Below, in pieces: positions 10,172-19,894 of a stretch of DNA of 64,000 nt. Origin of the DNA: Bacteroidota bacterium (GTDB lineage Bacteria; Bacteroidota; Bacteroidia; Sphingobacteriales; Sphingobacteriaceae). A program made the translations under genes and the position numbers. The stretch is taken from NCBI GenBank assembly GCA_013286325.1, contig JABDFZ010000003.1, positions 4,021 to 68,020 on the forward strand. The letters run 5' to 3'. The notes under the pieces were generated by a model, which saw nothing but the letters and a program-made list of their open reading frames with translations, did no database searches and was not told where the DNA came from. Numbering within the stretch: the stretch's first letter is position 1; each line of letters opens with the position of its first letter.

Positions 10172-10208
10172 TGCAGGATTGATTTTGATTATTGACCTGC
10201 AAGATAGT

Positions 10209-10339
10209 AATTAGTGATTAGAGGTTGGAGATTGGAGACTAGTTTTTTAGACTGAAAGAAAAGAAAAAGCCCTAACAAATCTGTAAGGGCCTATTTATAT
10301 CGCGGATCGGAACCAACCTCTGGTCTCTAATCTCTAATT
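10209..10339. repeat. Inverted heptamer array (TTAGAGA/TCTCTAA) around a GCCCT..AGGGC hairpin
   Basis: ATTAGTG ATTAGAG GTTGGAG ATTGGAG ACTAG versus CCAACCTC TGGTCTC TAATCTC TAAT; inner hairpin at 10269-10290. Confidence 0.7.
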
Positions 10340-11862
10340 TACTGAATCAAATGCTTCAATTGTATTACCTCTTTTTCTTCCAAAAATCTCCAGCGACCGC
10401 GTGGGAGGTCTTTTTTGGTGAGATTGGCATATACTGCCCTGTCGAGCTTTACTACTTCGTAGCCTAAATGTTCAAATATGCGGCGTACAATGCGGTTTTT
10501 ACCGCTATGAATCTGTATGCCTATCTCTCTTTTTGAACCACCGGCCACATACGATATAGAATCGGGTTTTATCAAACCATCTTCCAGTTCAAGGCCAAAG
10601 CCTATTTTGTTTAAATCTCCCTGGGTTAAGCTTTTATTCAGTTCAACCTGGTATAGTTTAATAATGCTGTTACGTGGATGCGAAAGCTTGTCGGCAAGGT
10701 CGCCGTCATTTGTCATTAACAACAAGCCTGTAGTATTCCTATCTAAACGACCTACTGGGTATATGCGTTCCTTGCTGGCTTTTTCAACCAGGTGCATTAC
10801 GGTACGTCGTTCCTGTGGGTCTTCTGTAGTAGTTATATAATCTTTGGGTTTATTTAACAGTACATAAACCATTTTCTCACGTTTCAGCAACTCTCCGTTG
10901 TAGCGGATCTCATCTTTTTGCGGATCAACCTTGTGGCCTAATTCTGCTACTACTTCACCATTAACCGATACCACACCTGCAGCAATCAACTCATCTGCCT
11001 TGCGGCGTGAGCAAATACCAGCATTTGAGATGTAACGGTTAAGCCTTATCAACCCTGTATCTTTACTTTCAGGTCCTTTTTTGCGGCCACGTAAAGTTTT
11101 TGCCGGAGCGTCGGGATCAGGAGTTATTTTATCATATTTTGATTTTGAGCGTTTAGGCCTGTCGGCACTGTATGGCTTATCGCCTGGCGTTCTTTTAAAG
11201 CCACCATTGGTTGATGGGCGACTGATAAATTTCTTATCACCAGTCCTTTCGCCGTCAAAGCTTCTTTTGGGTTTATCATCAGCATTAAATGAGCCTGAAG
11301 ATTTACTGCGTGATGTAAATGGTTTCTTATCGCCGGTTCTTTCACCACCAAAGCTTCTTTTTGGTTTGTCATCAGCATTAAATGAGCCTGATGACTTACT
11401 GCGTGCTGTAAATGGTTTTTTATCGCTGGTTCTCTCACCGCCGAAGCTTTTGCCTGGTCTCGGATCGTTATCAGCTATTCTACCGGTATATGGTCTGCCT
11501 TTTGGTGCAAATGCTCTTTTTTCGCCATCGCCACCATCTGATGGCCTGCCGCTATAAGGCCGGCTTTTTCCGGTAAATGATTTCTTTTCGCCTGGACCGC
11601 CACTAAAGCTGCTTGCCGGTTTATCATAGCTGCTTTTGCTTTGATATGGTTTGCTTCCGGGCGATGAAAAAGATTTCTTTTCTCCGGGGCCTTCGTTGTT
11701 ATATTTTTTTGATGGTCGGGTGCTTTTGGTTTGATCAGAACCTTGTGCGGAATTTCCTCTTGAAGAAGTTGATCTTTTTGGCCTGTCACCGGCTTTGGGA
11801 GCCCTATTTGATGATCTGCCGGATTTGTCGTCGCGACTGTTCCCTGGTCTGTTAAATGCCAT
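10339..11862 (-). CDS. rluB: RsuA/RluB-family rRNA pseudouridine synthase with S4 domain and long disordered N-terminus
   Basis: IRLNRYISNAGICSRRKADELI (S4), LLNKPKDY, YPVGRLDRNTTGLLLMTNDG, SGKNRIVRR. RluB versus RluF is inferred from the long N-terminus. Confidence 0.85.
   Translation of the reverse strand: MAFNRPGNSRDDKSGRSSNRAPKAGDRPKRSTSSRGNSAQGSDQTKSTRPSKKYNNEGPGEKKSFSSPGSKPYQSKSSYDKPASSFSGGPGEKKSFTGKSRPYSGRPSDGGDGEKRAFAPKGRPYTGRIADNDPRPGKSFGGERTSDKKPFTARSKSSGSFNADDKPKRSFGGERTGDKKPFTSRSKSSGSFNADDKPKRSFDGERTGDKKFISRPSTNGGFKRTPGDKPYSADRPKRSKSKYDKITPDPDAPAKTLRGRKKGPESKDTGLIRLNRYISNAGICSRRKADELIAAGVVSVNGEVVAELGHKVDPQKDEIRYNGELLKREKMVYVLLNKPKDYITTTEDPQERRTVMHLVEKASKERIYPVGRLDRNTTGLLLMTNDGDLADKLSHPRNSIIKLYQVELNKSLTQGDLNKIGFGLELEDGLIKPDSISYVAGGSKREIGIQIHSGKNRIVRRIFEHLGYEVVKLDRAVYANLTKKDLPRGRWRFLEEKEVIQLKHLIQ
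11231..11450 (-). repeat. 93-bp coding tandem repeat (31 aa, about 2.4 copies) in the pseudouridine synthase N-terminus
   Basis: AGCATTAAATGAGCCTGA at 11281 and 11374; unit SFGGERT(S/G)DKKPFT(A/S)RSKSSGSFNADDKPKR. Confidence 0.9.
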
Positions 11863-12024
11863 AGTTTTTTCGTTAGCGCTTTCTCAGCGTGAAGGGTCAA
11901 AGTTAGTGTTTTTTGGGGGACTTTTGAAATTTTTTTAAAGCAAACAAAATCTGCGTTTAGGCGTTTTAAACCAAGTTTTTGAACCGAAAACTATGTTGTA
12001 AAAAATGTGCCGCAAAGCTAAGTA

Positions 12025-12056
12025 TTTGATAATCTGACTTATATAACTTATCTTTG
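12025..12056 (+). promoter_or_regulatory. Bacteroidota housekeeping promoter (-33 TTTG, 20 nt, -7 TATCTTTG)
   Basis: Exact match to TTTG-N19-21-TAnnTTTG, 27 nt before the transglycosylase ATG. Confidence 0.65.
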
Positions 12057-12083
12057 CAGCACATTCTACCAAATGTATAATTT

Positions 12084-12911
12084 ATGGATAAAAAAGAAAT
12101 GACTAAGAGACACTTAATTACGTGCTCCGTAATAGTGTTAATGGTTATCATTTCCGCGTTCAATATTTGTGGCACAAAGGCCGTGCCAACCTCAAATATC
12201 AGCAACGTAAAGGCCGAATCAACCGCTAAAAAACCGGTAGAAAACGGCCCGCGCATCTCGACTTTTATTTACAAAAATACTGATGCTGTAAATGATTATA
12301 GCTTCGCTAATGAAGCTGTACCAATTAATGATGCCAGTGTAAAACGCAAGATGAAGCGTTCGCTTCAAATGCATAGTTTTAAATGTGTTCAATCGAATAT
12401 ACTGCAAAGTAAAGCAGATAAACTATTCCCTATAATTGAACCAATTTTAAAAGCTTATGGTATTCCTGATGATTTTAAGTACATTCCTTTAGTGGAGTCG
12501 GGCTTATGTGAAGGAACTTCAGTTAAAGGTGCAAGGGGCTTATGGCAATTTATGCCGGGCACAGCGCGAACTTATGGCCTTAAAGTAGGGCACGGAATTG
12601 ACGAGCGTTTAAACATTCGTAAATCCACTGGCGCAGCCTGCAAATACATTAAGGAACTGTATGTTGAATTTAACAGCTGGACATTAGCTGCTGCTGCTTA
12701 TAACAACGGCTCGATTAAATTGGAGAAGGTTATTAACAAGCAAAATGAGGATAATTATTTCCGCATGCATCTAAACCGCGAAACCGGGGCTTATGTTTAT
12801 AACCTGATTGCCATGAAAGCGATTATTACCCAGCCAAAAAAATATGGCTACAACTATTATAAGATAGATGATTTAAGCCACGGAACACTTGATCTGCTGG
12901 CGGTTAACTAA
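12084..12911 (+). CDS. Lytic transglycosylase (SLT/MltD-like, no LysM)
   Basis: IPDDFKYIPLVESG, GARGLWQFMPGTA, LAAAAYNNG, ETGAYV. Confidence 0.92.
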   Translation: MDKKEMTKRHLITCSVIVLMVIISAFNICGTKAVPTSNISNVKAESTAKKPVENGPRISTFIYKNTDAVNDYSFANEAVPINDASVKRKMKRSLQMHSFKCVQSNILQSKADKLFPIIEPILKAYGIPDDFKYIPLVESGLCEGTSVKGARGLWQFMPGTARTYGLKVGHGIDERLNIRKSTGAACKYIKELYVEFNSWTLAAAAYNNGSIKLEKVINKQNEDNYFRMHLNRETGAYVYNLIAMKAIITQPKKYGYNYYKIDDLSHGTLDLLAVN

Positions 12912-12963
12912 TAGCCGGATTTTAGTCCGCGGAAAGTAAATTTATATTACGGAGCACTTTGAA

Positions 12964-12997
12964 GCCGGCCTTCCTGACAGAAGACCGGCCTTTTTTT
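12964..12997 (+). terminator. Intrinsic terminator
   Basis: GCCGGCCTTC..GAAGACCGGC hairpin followed by T7. Confidence 0.65.
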
Positions 12998-13018
12998 GCG
13001 TATATTTGTAGCAAAATA

Positions 13019-13180
13019 ATTGGTGAGTTAGCGAATGAGTGACTTAGTGAATTTTGCTGGTATAGCTATTTTTATTAATCACGAAAACAAGCTATTTAAT
13101 GCTAAGATTTTGAGATATTAAGCCGTATGATTGGTATTCTTTTAATCACTAATTTACTAACTCAGCAATTCACTAATTCA
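13019..13180. repeat. Inverted octamer array (TTAGTGAA/TTCACTAA type) upstream of uvrA
   Basis: TGGTGAGTTAGCGAATGAGTGACTTAGTGAATT versus AATCACTAATTTACTAACTCAGCAATTCACTAATTCA. Confidence 0.65.
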
Positions 13181-13185
13181 ATCCA

Positions 13186-16032
13186 ATGATTACAAAATCT
13201 ATCGACCTGGGCGAACAAAATTCAGTTGAAGTTTACGGGGCCAGGGTACATAATTTAAAAAATATAGATGTTTCTTTTCCGCGAAATCAACTTGTAGTAA
13301 TTACCGGGTTGAGCGGCAGCGGAAAATCGTCTTTGGCGTTTGATACCATTTATGCCGAAGGTCAGCGCCGTTATATGGAAACATTTTCGGCATACTCGCG
13401 CCAGTTTATGGGTGGAATGGAGCGGCCCGATGTTGATAAAGTTTCGGGACTTAGCCCTGTTATTGCTATCGAGCAAAAAACAACCAGCAAAAACCCGCGT
13501 TCAACAGTCGGTACAATAACCGAGATTTACGATTTTATGCGCTTACTTTTTGCCCGTACAGGTGAAGCCTATTCGTATGTTAGCGGTGAAAAGATGGAGC
13601 GGATGTCGGAAGATCAAATCCTGAAAACCATTTTTGAAAGATTCGACGGACAGCCGGTAAATATCCTTGCCCCGGTTGTAAAAGCCAGGAAAGGACATTA
13701 TCGCGAGCTTTTTGAACAGATCCGTAAGCAAGGCTATCTTAAAGTTTGGATCGATGGAGCTATTGCAGATGTTGAGCCCAAAATGCAGGTTGATCGTTAT
13801 AAAATTCACGACATTGATATTGTTGTCGATCGCCTGGTAATCAGCGAGAATGACAGTAAGCGTTTATACACCTCTATCCAAACAGCCCTAAAAATTGCAA
13901 AGGGCATTATCCGCATAGCAGATAAGGATAACAATGTATTCTATTACAGCAAATATTTAATGGATCCGGTTTCGGGCATCTCTTATGATGAGCCGCAACC
14001 AAATACTTTTTCATTCAATTCGCCTTACGGCGCCTGTGATAAATGCAACGGGCTGGGTTATATTTTTGAAGTTGATGAGGCGTCTGTTATACCAAACCCC
14101 AAACTAAGTATTTTAAGCGGTGGGCTTGCACCTTTGGGTGAGTATCGTGAAACCTGGATCTTCCAGGTATTAAAGGCACTCGCTAAAAAGTACGAGTTTG
14201 CTTTATCAACGCCAATTGAAAAACTTTCAAAAGACCATCTGGATATTATCCTGAACGGGTCGAATGAAATGATAACCGTTGCTGTTGAGTATAATAAATG
14301 GAACGTGCAGAGTTATCAGGTAGCCTTCGATGGCATTATCCGCATGCTGGAAGAACAGCAGGAACGCCGCAGTGAAGAAGGCATGGATGACATGGAAAAC
14401 TACCGTGTTTTAAAAACATGCCCCGTTTGCGAAGGTGCAAGGCTTAAAAAGGAATCGCTGCATTTTAAGATTGATAACAAAAATATTTTTGAGCTTGCCT
14501 GTATGGATGTTCGCACCCTGCAGGAATGGTTCGCTAAGTTAGAAGACCGCTTAACCGACCGCCAGAATGTTATCGCAAAAGAGATATTAAAAGAAATCCG
14601 TGCAAGGATAGTTTTTTTACTGGATGTAGGTTTAAATTATTTAACGCTCGACAGGACAGCAAAAACCCTGTCAGGTGGCGAGGCACAGCGCATCAGACTG
14701 GCTACACAAATAGGCTCACAATTGATGAATGTAATGTACATTCTTGATGAGCCAAGTATAGGCCTTCATCAGCGTGATAATGAGCGTTTAATAAATGCCC
14801 TGAAAAACCTGCGCGATCTTGGCAATACAGTACTTGTTGTTGAGCATGATAAGGATATGATATTGCATGCTGACTATGTTATTGACATGGGCCCGGCAGC
14901 AGGCGTACACGGTGGAGAGATTGTTGCACAGGGCACTCCTGCTGAATTAATGAAGGCGCATACCCTTACTACATCATACATAAATGGTGAACGTGAGATT
15001 GCAGTGCCAAAAACAAGGCGCGAGGGCAATGGAAATATCCTGAGCCTAAAAAAAGCAACGGGTCATAACTTAAAAAAGGTATCAGTCAATTTTCCATTGG
15101 GTAAACTTATCGGGATAACCGGAGTATCGGGTAGTGGTAAGTCAAGCCTGATCACTGAAACATTGTACCCTATACTAAATCATCATTTTTTCAGGGCTAA
15201 AAAGCATCCGCTTCCTTATGAAAAAATTGAAGGCCTAGAACATATTGATAAAGTTATTGAGATAGATCAGACACCTATAGGCCGTACTCCACGATCAAAC
15301 CCAGCCACATATACGGGTGTGTTTTCTGATATCCGTAATCTCTACGTACAATTGCCGGAGTCGAGGATAAGGGGATATAAACCTGGCCGTTTTTCGTTTA
15401 ACGTAAAAGGCGGGCGTTGCGAAACCTGCCAGGGTGCAGGGCTTAAAGTTATTGAAATGAACTTCCTGCCCGATGTACAGGTGCCATGTGAAGAGTGCGG
15501 TGGCAGGCGGTATAATCGCGAAACACTGGAAGTCCGCTACCGGGGTAAATCCATCAGCGATGTATTGGATATGAGTATTGAGGATGCTACGCCATTTTTT
15601 GAGCATATTCCGGCTATTTATCGCAAGGTTAAAACACTTTTTGACGTTGGCCTGGGTTATATTACTTTAGGACAATCATCAACCACGCTATCGGGTGGTG
15701 AAGCACAACGGGTTAAACTGGCAACCGAACTTTCTAAAAAAGATACAGGTAATACTTTTTATATATTAGACGAACCCACAACCGGGTTGCATTTTGAAGA
15801 TATTAATGTGCTGCTTGGGGTATTGAATCAATTGGTTGATAAAGGAAACACGGTGCTGGTAATAGAGCATAATCTGGATGTTATAAAGGTGGCCGACCAT
15901 GTGATTGATCTTGGCCCTGAAGGAGGAACGGGCGGTGGAAATATTTTATTTAGTGGAACACCTGAAGGTTTATGCAAGGTAAAAGAAAGCTTTACCGGGC
16001 AGTTTTTAAAGAAAGAGATGGGGATAAAATAA
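13186..16032 (+). CDS. uvrA: Excinuclease ABC subunit A
   Basis: GARVHNLKN, two Walker A motifs (GLSGSGKSS, GVSGSGKSS), two LSGGEAQR signatures, CxxC zinc fingers. Confidence 0.99.
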   Translation: MITKSIDLGEQNSVEVYGARVHNLKNIDVSFPRNQLVVITGLSGSGKSSLAFDTIYAEGQRRYMETFSAYSRQFMGGMERPDVDKVSGLSPVIAIEQKTTSKNPRSTVGTITEIYDFMRLLFARTGEAYSYVSGEKMERMSEDQILKTIFERFDGQPVNILAPVVKARKGHYRELFEQIRKQGYLKVWIDGAIADVEPKMQVDRYKIHDIDIVVDRLVISENDSKRLYTSIQTALKIAKGIIRIADKDNNVFYYSKYLMDPVSGISYDEPQPNTFSFNSPYGACDKCNGLGYIFEVDEASVIPNPKLSILSGGLAPLGEYRETWIFQVLKALAKKYEFALSTPIEKLSKDHLDIILNGSNEMITVAVEYNKWNVQSYQVAFDGIIRMLEEQQERRSEEGMDDMENYRVLKTCPVCEGARLKKESLHFKIDNKNIFELACMDVRTLQEWFAKLEDRLTDRQNVIAKEILKEIRARIVFLLDVGLNYLTLDRTAKTLSGGEAQRIRLATQIGSQLMNVMYILDEPSIGLHQRDNERLINALKNLRDLGNTVLVVEHDKDMILHADYVIDMGPAAGVHGGEIVAQGTPAELMKAHTLTTSYINGEREIAVPKTRREGNGNILSLKKATGHNLKKVSVNFPLGKLIGITGVSGSGKSSLITETLYPILNHHFFRAKKHPLPYEKIEGLEHIDKVIEIDQTPIGRTPRSNPATYTGVFSDIRNLYVQLPESRIRGYKPGRFSFNVKGGRCETCQGAGLKVIEMNFLPDVQVPCEECGGRRYNRETLEVRYRGKSISDVLDMSIEDATPFFEHIPAIYRKVKTLFDVGLGYITLGQSSTTLSGGEAQRVKLATELSKKDTGNTFYILDEPTTGLHFEDINVLLGVLNQLVDKGNTVLVIEHNLDVIKVADHVIDLGPEGGTGGGNILFSGTPEGLCKVKESFTGQFLKKEMGIK

Positions 16033-16034
16033 CA

Positions 16035-16052
16035 TGTACAGAAAATTGTACA
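16035..16052. promoter_or_regulatory. yefM-yoeB operator: two TGTACA palindromes 12 bp apart
   Basis: TGTACA at 16035-16040 and 16047-16052; same core and spacing as the described E. coli yefM-yoeB operator. Confidence 0.8.
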
Positions 16053-16091
16053 TATCGCTTTCGTTTTATATCTTTATCAAAAATTAATAAT

Positions 16092-16346
16092 ATGCAGGTT
16101 ACCACTTATACCAACTTTCGCCAGCAATTAAAATCCTATCTGGACAAGGTAAGGAATAACCATACCCCCCTGTTTGTTACAAGTGCTAATGGAGAAGATG
16201 TAGTTGTGCTTTCAAAGTCTGACTATGAAAGTATGGAGGAAACTTTTCATCTGCTCAAAAGTCCAAAAAATGCAGCAAGATTGTTAAAAGGGCTTGAAGA
16301 TTATGAAAAAGGATTAGGCAAAGAGAGAAAGCTTATTGAGGAATGA
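16092..16346 (+). CDS. yefM: Phd/YefM family antitoxin
   Basis: 84 aa from ATG 16092: TYTNFRQQLKSYLDKV...VVLSKSDYESMEETFHLLKSPKNAARL; ATGA overlap with the toxin. Confidence 0.93.
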   Translation: MQVTTYTNFRQQLKSYLDKVRNNHTPLFVTSANGEDVVVLSKSDYESMEETFHLLKSPKNAARLLKGLEDYEKGLGKERKLIEE

Positions 16347-16597
16347 AGATAATTTTTCTTGATCAGGCCTGGGAAGATTATTTATACTGGCAAAATACCG
16401 ATAAGGCTACTTTAAAGAAGATTAATTCCTTATTGAAAGAAATAGAACGAATCCCATTTGAAGGAAATGGAAAACCTGAGCCTTTAAAACATAATTTCGC
16501 GGGATGGTGGTCAAGAAGAATAAATCTCGAACATAGGTTGGTATATAAAATTGATGATCAGTCTATCATAATTCTTCAGTGCAGGTATCATTATTAA
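16343..16597 (+). CDS. yoeB: Txe/YoeB family ribosome-dependent mRNase toxin
   Basis: AWEDYLYWQ, GKPEPLKH, WSRRINLEHRLVY, C-terminal CRYHY. Confidence 0.96.
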   Translation: MKIIFLDQAWEDYLYWQNTDKATLKKINSLLKEIERIPFEGNGKPEPLKHNFAGWWSRRINLEHRLVYKIDDQSIIILQCRYHY

Positions 16598-16636
16598 TTC
16601 TTCAAACAAAACCAAACAATTGTAACTTTAACTTAT

Positions 16637-18142
16637 ATGTTACCATTGTTAACCTCTTCCCAAATTCGCGAAGCTGACGCTTATACTATAGCTAATGAAC
16701 CTATATGCTCTGTCGACCTGATGGAACGTGCGGCCAGGGCTTTTGTGGGATGGTTTGTAAATCATTTTCCGGAGAAAAAGAAACCAATAGGCGTTTATTG
16801 CGGCACAGGCAATAACGGCGGCGACGGCCTTGCTATTGCCCGAATGCTTGATGATCATCAGTATAAAGCTGTAAATGTTAAAATAGCCCGCTTTTCGGAC
16901 AAAACTTCGGATGATTTTAATATCAACCTAAAGAGATTACAGCAATCCGGGATAACTTTAACAGAGATCAGGCCTGGCGAAAGTCTTCCGGATGAAGATA
17001 GCCCTGTTATTATCGATGCCTTGCTGGGCACAGGTTTAAATAAACCACTTGAAGGTGACTATAAACGCCTGGTGAACCACATCAATAGCCTGGAAAAAAC
17101 AGTGGTTTCGGTAGATGTTCCAACCGGTTTTTTTTCGGAAGGAGAAATGCCGCAGGACGCTGTAGTTTTGAAAACCGACCTGGTTATTACTTTTCAACAG
17201 CCAAAGATCAATTTTTTACTACCTGAGTCAATTGCTTATATCAATTGCTGGGAGGCTGTAAATATTGGTATTAACGAAAAATTTGTCCGCTCTCTTAATT
17301 CCTCATATCAGGCTACTGAAGAAAAAGATATCCGCAAACTATTGAAGCCGCGCCATCATTTCAGCAATAAAGGCACTTATGGCCATTCACTTATTGTTGC
17401 AGGGCAGGAAGAAACCATGGGCGCAGCATTATTAAGTGCTGCAGGCAGCGCTTATGCCGGATCAGGTTTGACTACTGCCTGCATACCGAAAAGCGGGTTA
17501 ATTGCATTAAACAGCTATATGCCCGAAATTATGGCTATAGTGCAAAATGGAACTGAATTACCTGAAATAGCCTGGGATAGTTTTAGTGCTGTAGGAATAG
17601 GACCAGGATTAGGCAAACACGATGATTCATTAGCCTTATTAGCTTATGTTTTAAGCAACTATAAAAAACCAATGGTGCTGGATGCAGATGCGCTTAATTT
17701 ATTAGCCATACACAGGGAGTTTTGGAGCGGTATACCTGCAAATAGTATTTTGACCCCGCATGTAAAAGAGTTCGACCGCCTTTTTGGCGATCACGCCAAT
17801 TGGTGGAGCAGGATTCAGACAGGGATAGAGAAAGCTAAGGAGCATCAGCTTTATATCATCCTAAAAAACGATTATACTATAATTATAACACCACAGGGAA
17901 AAGTATATTTTAATACAACAAGCAACGCAGCTATGGCCACGGGTGGCATGGGTGATGTGCTTACAGGTATAATTACCTCTTTATTAGCTCAAAAATATTC
18001 TTCGGAAGATGCCTGTATCATTGGCACTTATATACACGGTAAGGCCGGCGATGAATTAGCTTTGCCAAACAGGGTCAATGTGATATTGCCCGGACAGCTT
18101 GCCCAACGTTTACCTGCAACTATGGCAAAGTTAATGGCATAA
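16637..18142 (+). CDS. nnr: Bifunctional NAD(P)H-hydrate epimerase/dehydratase
   Basis: LMERAA, CGTGNNGGDGLAIAR, DALLGTG, SVDVPTG, NKGTYGH, IGPGLG, LDADALN, TPHVKEF, ATGGMGDVLTG. Confidence 0.95.
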   Translation: MLPLLTSSQIREADAYTIANEPICSVDLMERAARAFVGWFVNHFPEKKKPIGVYCGTGNNGGDGLAIARMLDDHQYKAVNVKIARFSDKTSDDFNINLKRLQQSGITLTEIRPGESLPDEDSPVIIDALLGTGLNKPLEGDYKRLVNHINSLEKTVVSVDVPTGFFSEGEMPQDAVVLKTDLVITFQQPKINFLLPESIAYINCWEAVNIGINEKFVRSLNSSYQATEEKDIRKLLKPRHHFSNKGTYGHSLIVAGQEETMGAALLSAAGSAYAGSGLTTACIPKSGLIALNSYMPEIMAIVQNGTELPEIAWDSFSAVGIGPGLGKHDDSLALLAYVLSNYKKPMVLDADALNLLAIHREFWSGIPANSILTPHVKEFDRLFGDHANWWSRIQTGIEKAKEHQLYIILKNDYTIIITPQGKVYFNTTSNAAMATGGMGDVLTGIITSLLAQKYSSEDACIIGTYIHGKAGDELALPNRVNVILPGQLAQRLPATMAKLMA

Positions 18143-18174
18143 AAAAAGGTTGCAAGTATCATACAACCTTTTTT
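18141..18174. terminator. Bidirectional intrinsic terminator
   Basis: AAAAAAAGGTTG-CAAGTATCATA-CAACCTTTTTT. Confidence 0.7.
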
Positions 18175-18485
18175 AACTATTAACTGATCTTATAAAGAAC
18201 AAAATACTCAAGTGGGGTGATTGTGAACTGTTCTTTGATATGCAATTTATATCACTTTAAGTTCAAATCTTACAGTGATAGGACGTTTAGAATGTACACT
18301 CTGTTACAAAAAAACGATTAAAAATATTCCGGTTCGCCCTAAATACAATGTAAAATTATGGTAACCAACAAGTTGTTTTGGAGATTGTTTTAAAAAAATA
18401 AAAAAAGTTGCGGAAAAAATTAAAAGCAGATGCCTCAAAGCCAAAAGCTCGATTTTAAGAAAATGGAAGCTTATTTTTTGATTAA

Positions 18486-19316
18486 TTAAAACTTGCCTAT
18501 AACCATCATCTGATCCATAGTTGGGTTTGCGCTGCCGCCCCGTGGCTCAAGAGTTACCGCAAAGGCATCAGTTTTTATGGCGGCAATTGTTTTCATTTCC
18601 TTCATATCTGTAGAATCCGGATTGGCATCAAATACGCCAAGGTCCACAGGTTTACCTGCAACTATTGCCCATAGCTGGTATTGATGCTCCTTGTCATTTA
18701 CAGGCATTTTTACATTTGCCATATCAACCATAACCTTATGTTTGTCCTTACTCCAGGCTATGGTTATAGCCGAGCCAGCAGGCGCATGAGGCGTTGCGTT
18801 TAATTTCAGGAACTTGAACGAAGTATCGCGTAAAATTCCCAACTCGCCTTCCATAAAGTTTACTTTATTGGCAAAATGCTGTTTGTCTGCCTGTAACGCT
18901 ACCAGTTGAGTATTTGATTCCTGTAGCTTATTGTACACGTTCATTAAGGCAATACCACTTGCAATTAATAATGCAAGGCAGGCGGCAAAGGCATATTTAT
19001 AAAAGCTGTTTGTTTTTGTTGCTGGTAAAGCAACAACATTATCTTTTACTGCTTCTGTTTTTGAAGCGAAGGTATTATCATCGCCCAAATTGGTTACTAT
19101 GCTGTTTAGTATCCGGCTGCGTAAATGTTCAGGCGGTTCTACTGCATTTTCTTCGGCATATTGTTCCATCGACCGCTCAATTTCATCCAGTTCAGCTTTA
19201 ATAACCGGATGTTTTGCAGCCATTGCTTCCACCTGTAACTTTTCTTCCGGAGTTACATCCCCCAGAACGTAAAGTTCCAAAATGCCTGATTCAATATATG
19301 CCTTAATATCTTCCAC
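18486..19316 (-). CDS. Anti-sigma factor, RskA-like
   Basis: YIESGILELYVLG, VEPP, one TM, C-terminal YQLWAI..PVDLGV and AFAVTLEPRGGS..PT. Confidence 0.9.
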   Translation of the reverse strand: MEDIKAYIESGILELYVLGDVTPEEKLQVEAMAAKHPVIKAELDEIERSMEQYAEENAVEPPEHLRSRILNSIVTNLGDDNTFASKTEAVKDNVVALPATKTNSFYKYAFAACLALLIASGIALMNVYNKLQESNTQLVALQADKQHFANKVNFMEGELGILRDTSFKFLKLNATPHAPAGSAITIAWSKDKHKVMVDMANVKMPVNDKEHQYQLWAIVAGKPVDLGVFDANPDSTDMKEMKTIAAIKTDAFAVTLEPRGGSANPTMDQMMVIGKF

Positions 19317-19319
19317 TTC

Positions 19320-19871
19320 TTAATTAAAATATTTCCTGAGCTGTTGAATAGCCATTCTTAACCTTGTTTTGATAGTGCCGAGCGGGATACCCAACTCATC
19401 GGCAGCTTCTACATGTGTATATCCTTTAAAATACACAAGGTCAAGAATCGACTTTTGTTCGGGCTTAAGCGTTTCCACTAAATCTTTAATCCCCAGCAAC
19501 TCAGGTTTGTAAACCGTGTTTCTTTGTTCGTCAATGAAAGTTACGTTATTTTCCAGTTCATGGTTTTTGCTCTGGTTCTTAAAATCTTTCGACCTGGTCT
19601 TATCTATTGCCAGGTTACGCGCAATATTAACCATCCAGGTAAATAGGCGGCCTTTCTCGGTGCTGTAACTCGAAAAAGAATTCCAGATTTTTACAAAGGT
19701 TTCCTGCAATACATCCTCAGCGGTTGCCGTATCAGTTATTATACGCGAAATAACGCCGTATAAAGAAGACGAATACATATCATAAAGCGCTTCAATAGCG
19801 ACCTTCTCCCTATTCCTTAGCGCAAGCACTAATTCATCTTCCGACAATGATATTTTTCGTTTCTTACTCAA
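19320..19871 (-). CDS. ECF sigma-70 factor (SigK-like)
   Basis: LYDMYS, AEDVLQETFVKIW, FTWMVNIARNLAID, IPLGTIKTRLR; TTG start; adjacent to the anti-sigma. Confidence 0.93.
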   Translation of the reverse strand: MSKKRKISLSEDELVLALRNREKVAIEALYDMYSSSLYGVISRIITDTATAEDVLQETFVKIWNSFSSYSTEKGRLFTWMVNIARNLAIDKTRSKDFKNQSKNHELENNVTFIDEQRNTVYKPELLGIKDLVETLKPEQKSILDLVYFKGYTHVEAADELGIPLGTIKTRLRMAIQQLRKYFN

Positions 19872-19894
19872 CAGGTTGAAGATATAAAGAATTT

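Noticed and set aside
15972-16091. 40-aa N-terminal extension of the antitoxin given in the ORF track
   Set aside because: Overlaps the uvrA 3' end and the TGTACA operator; the YefM fold begins at ATG 16092.
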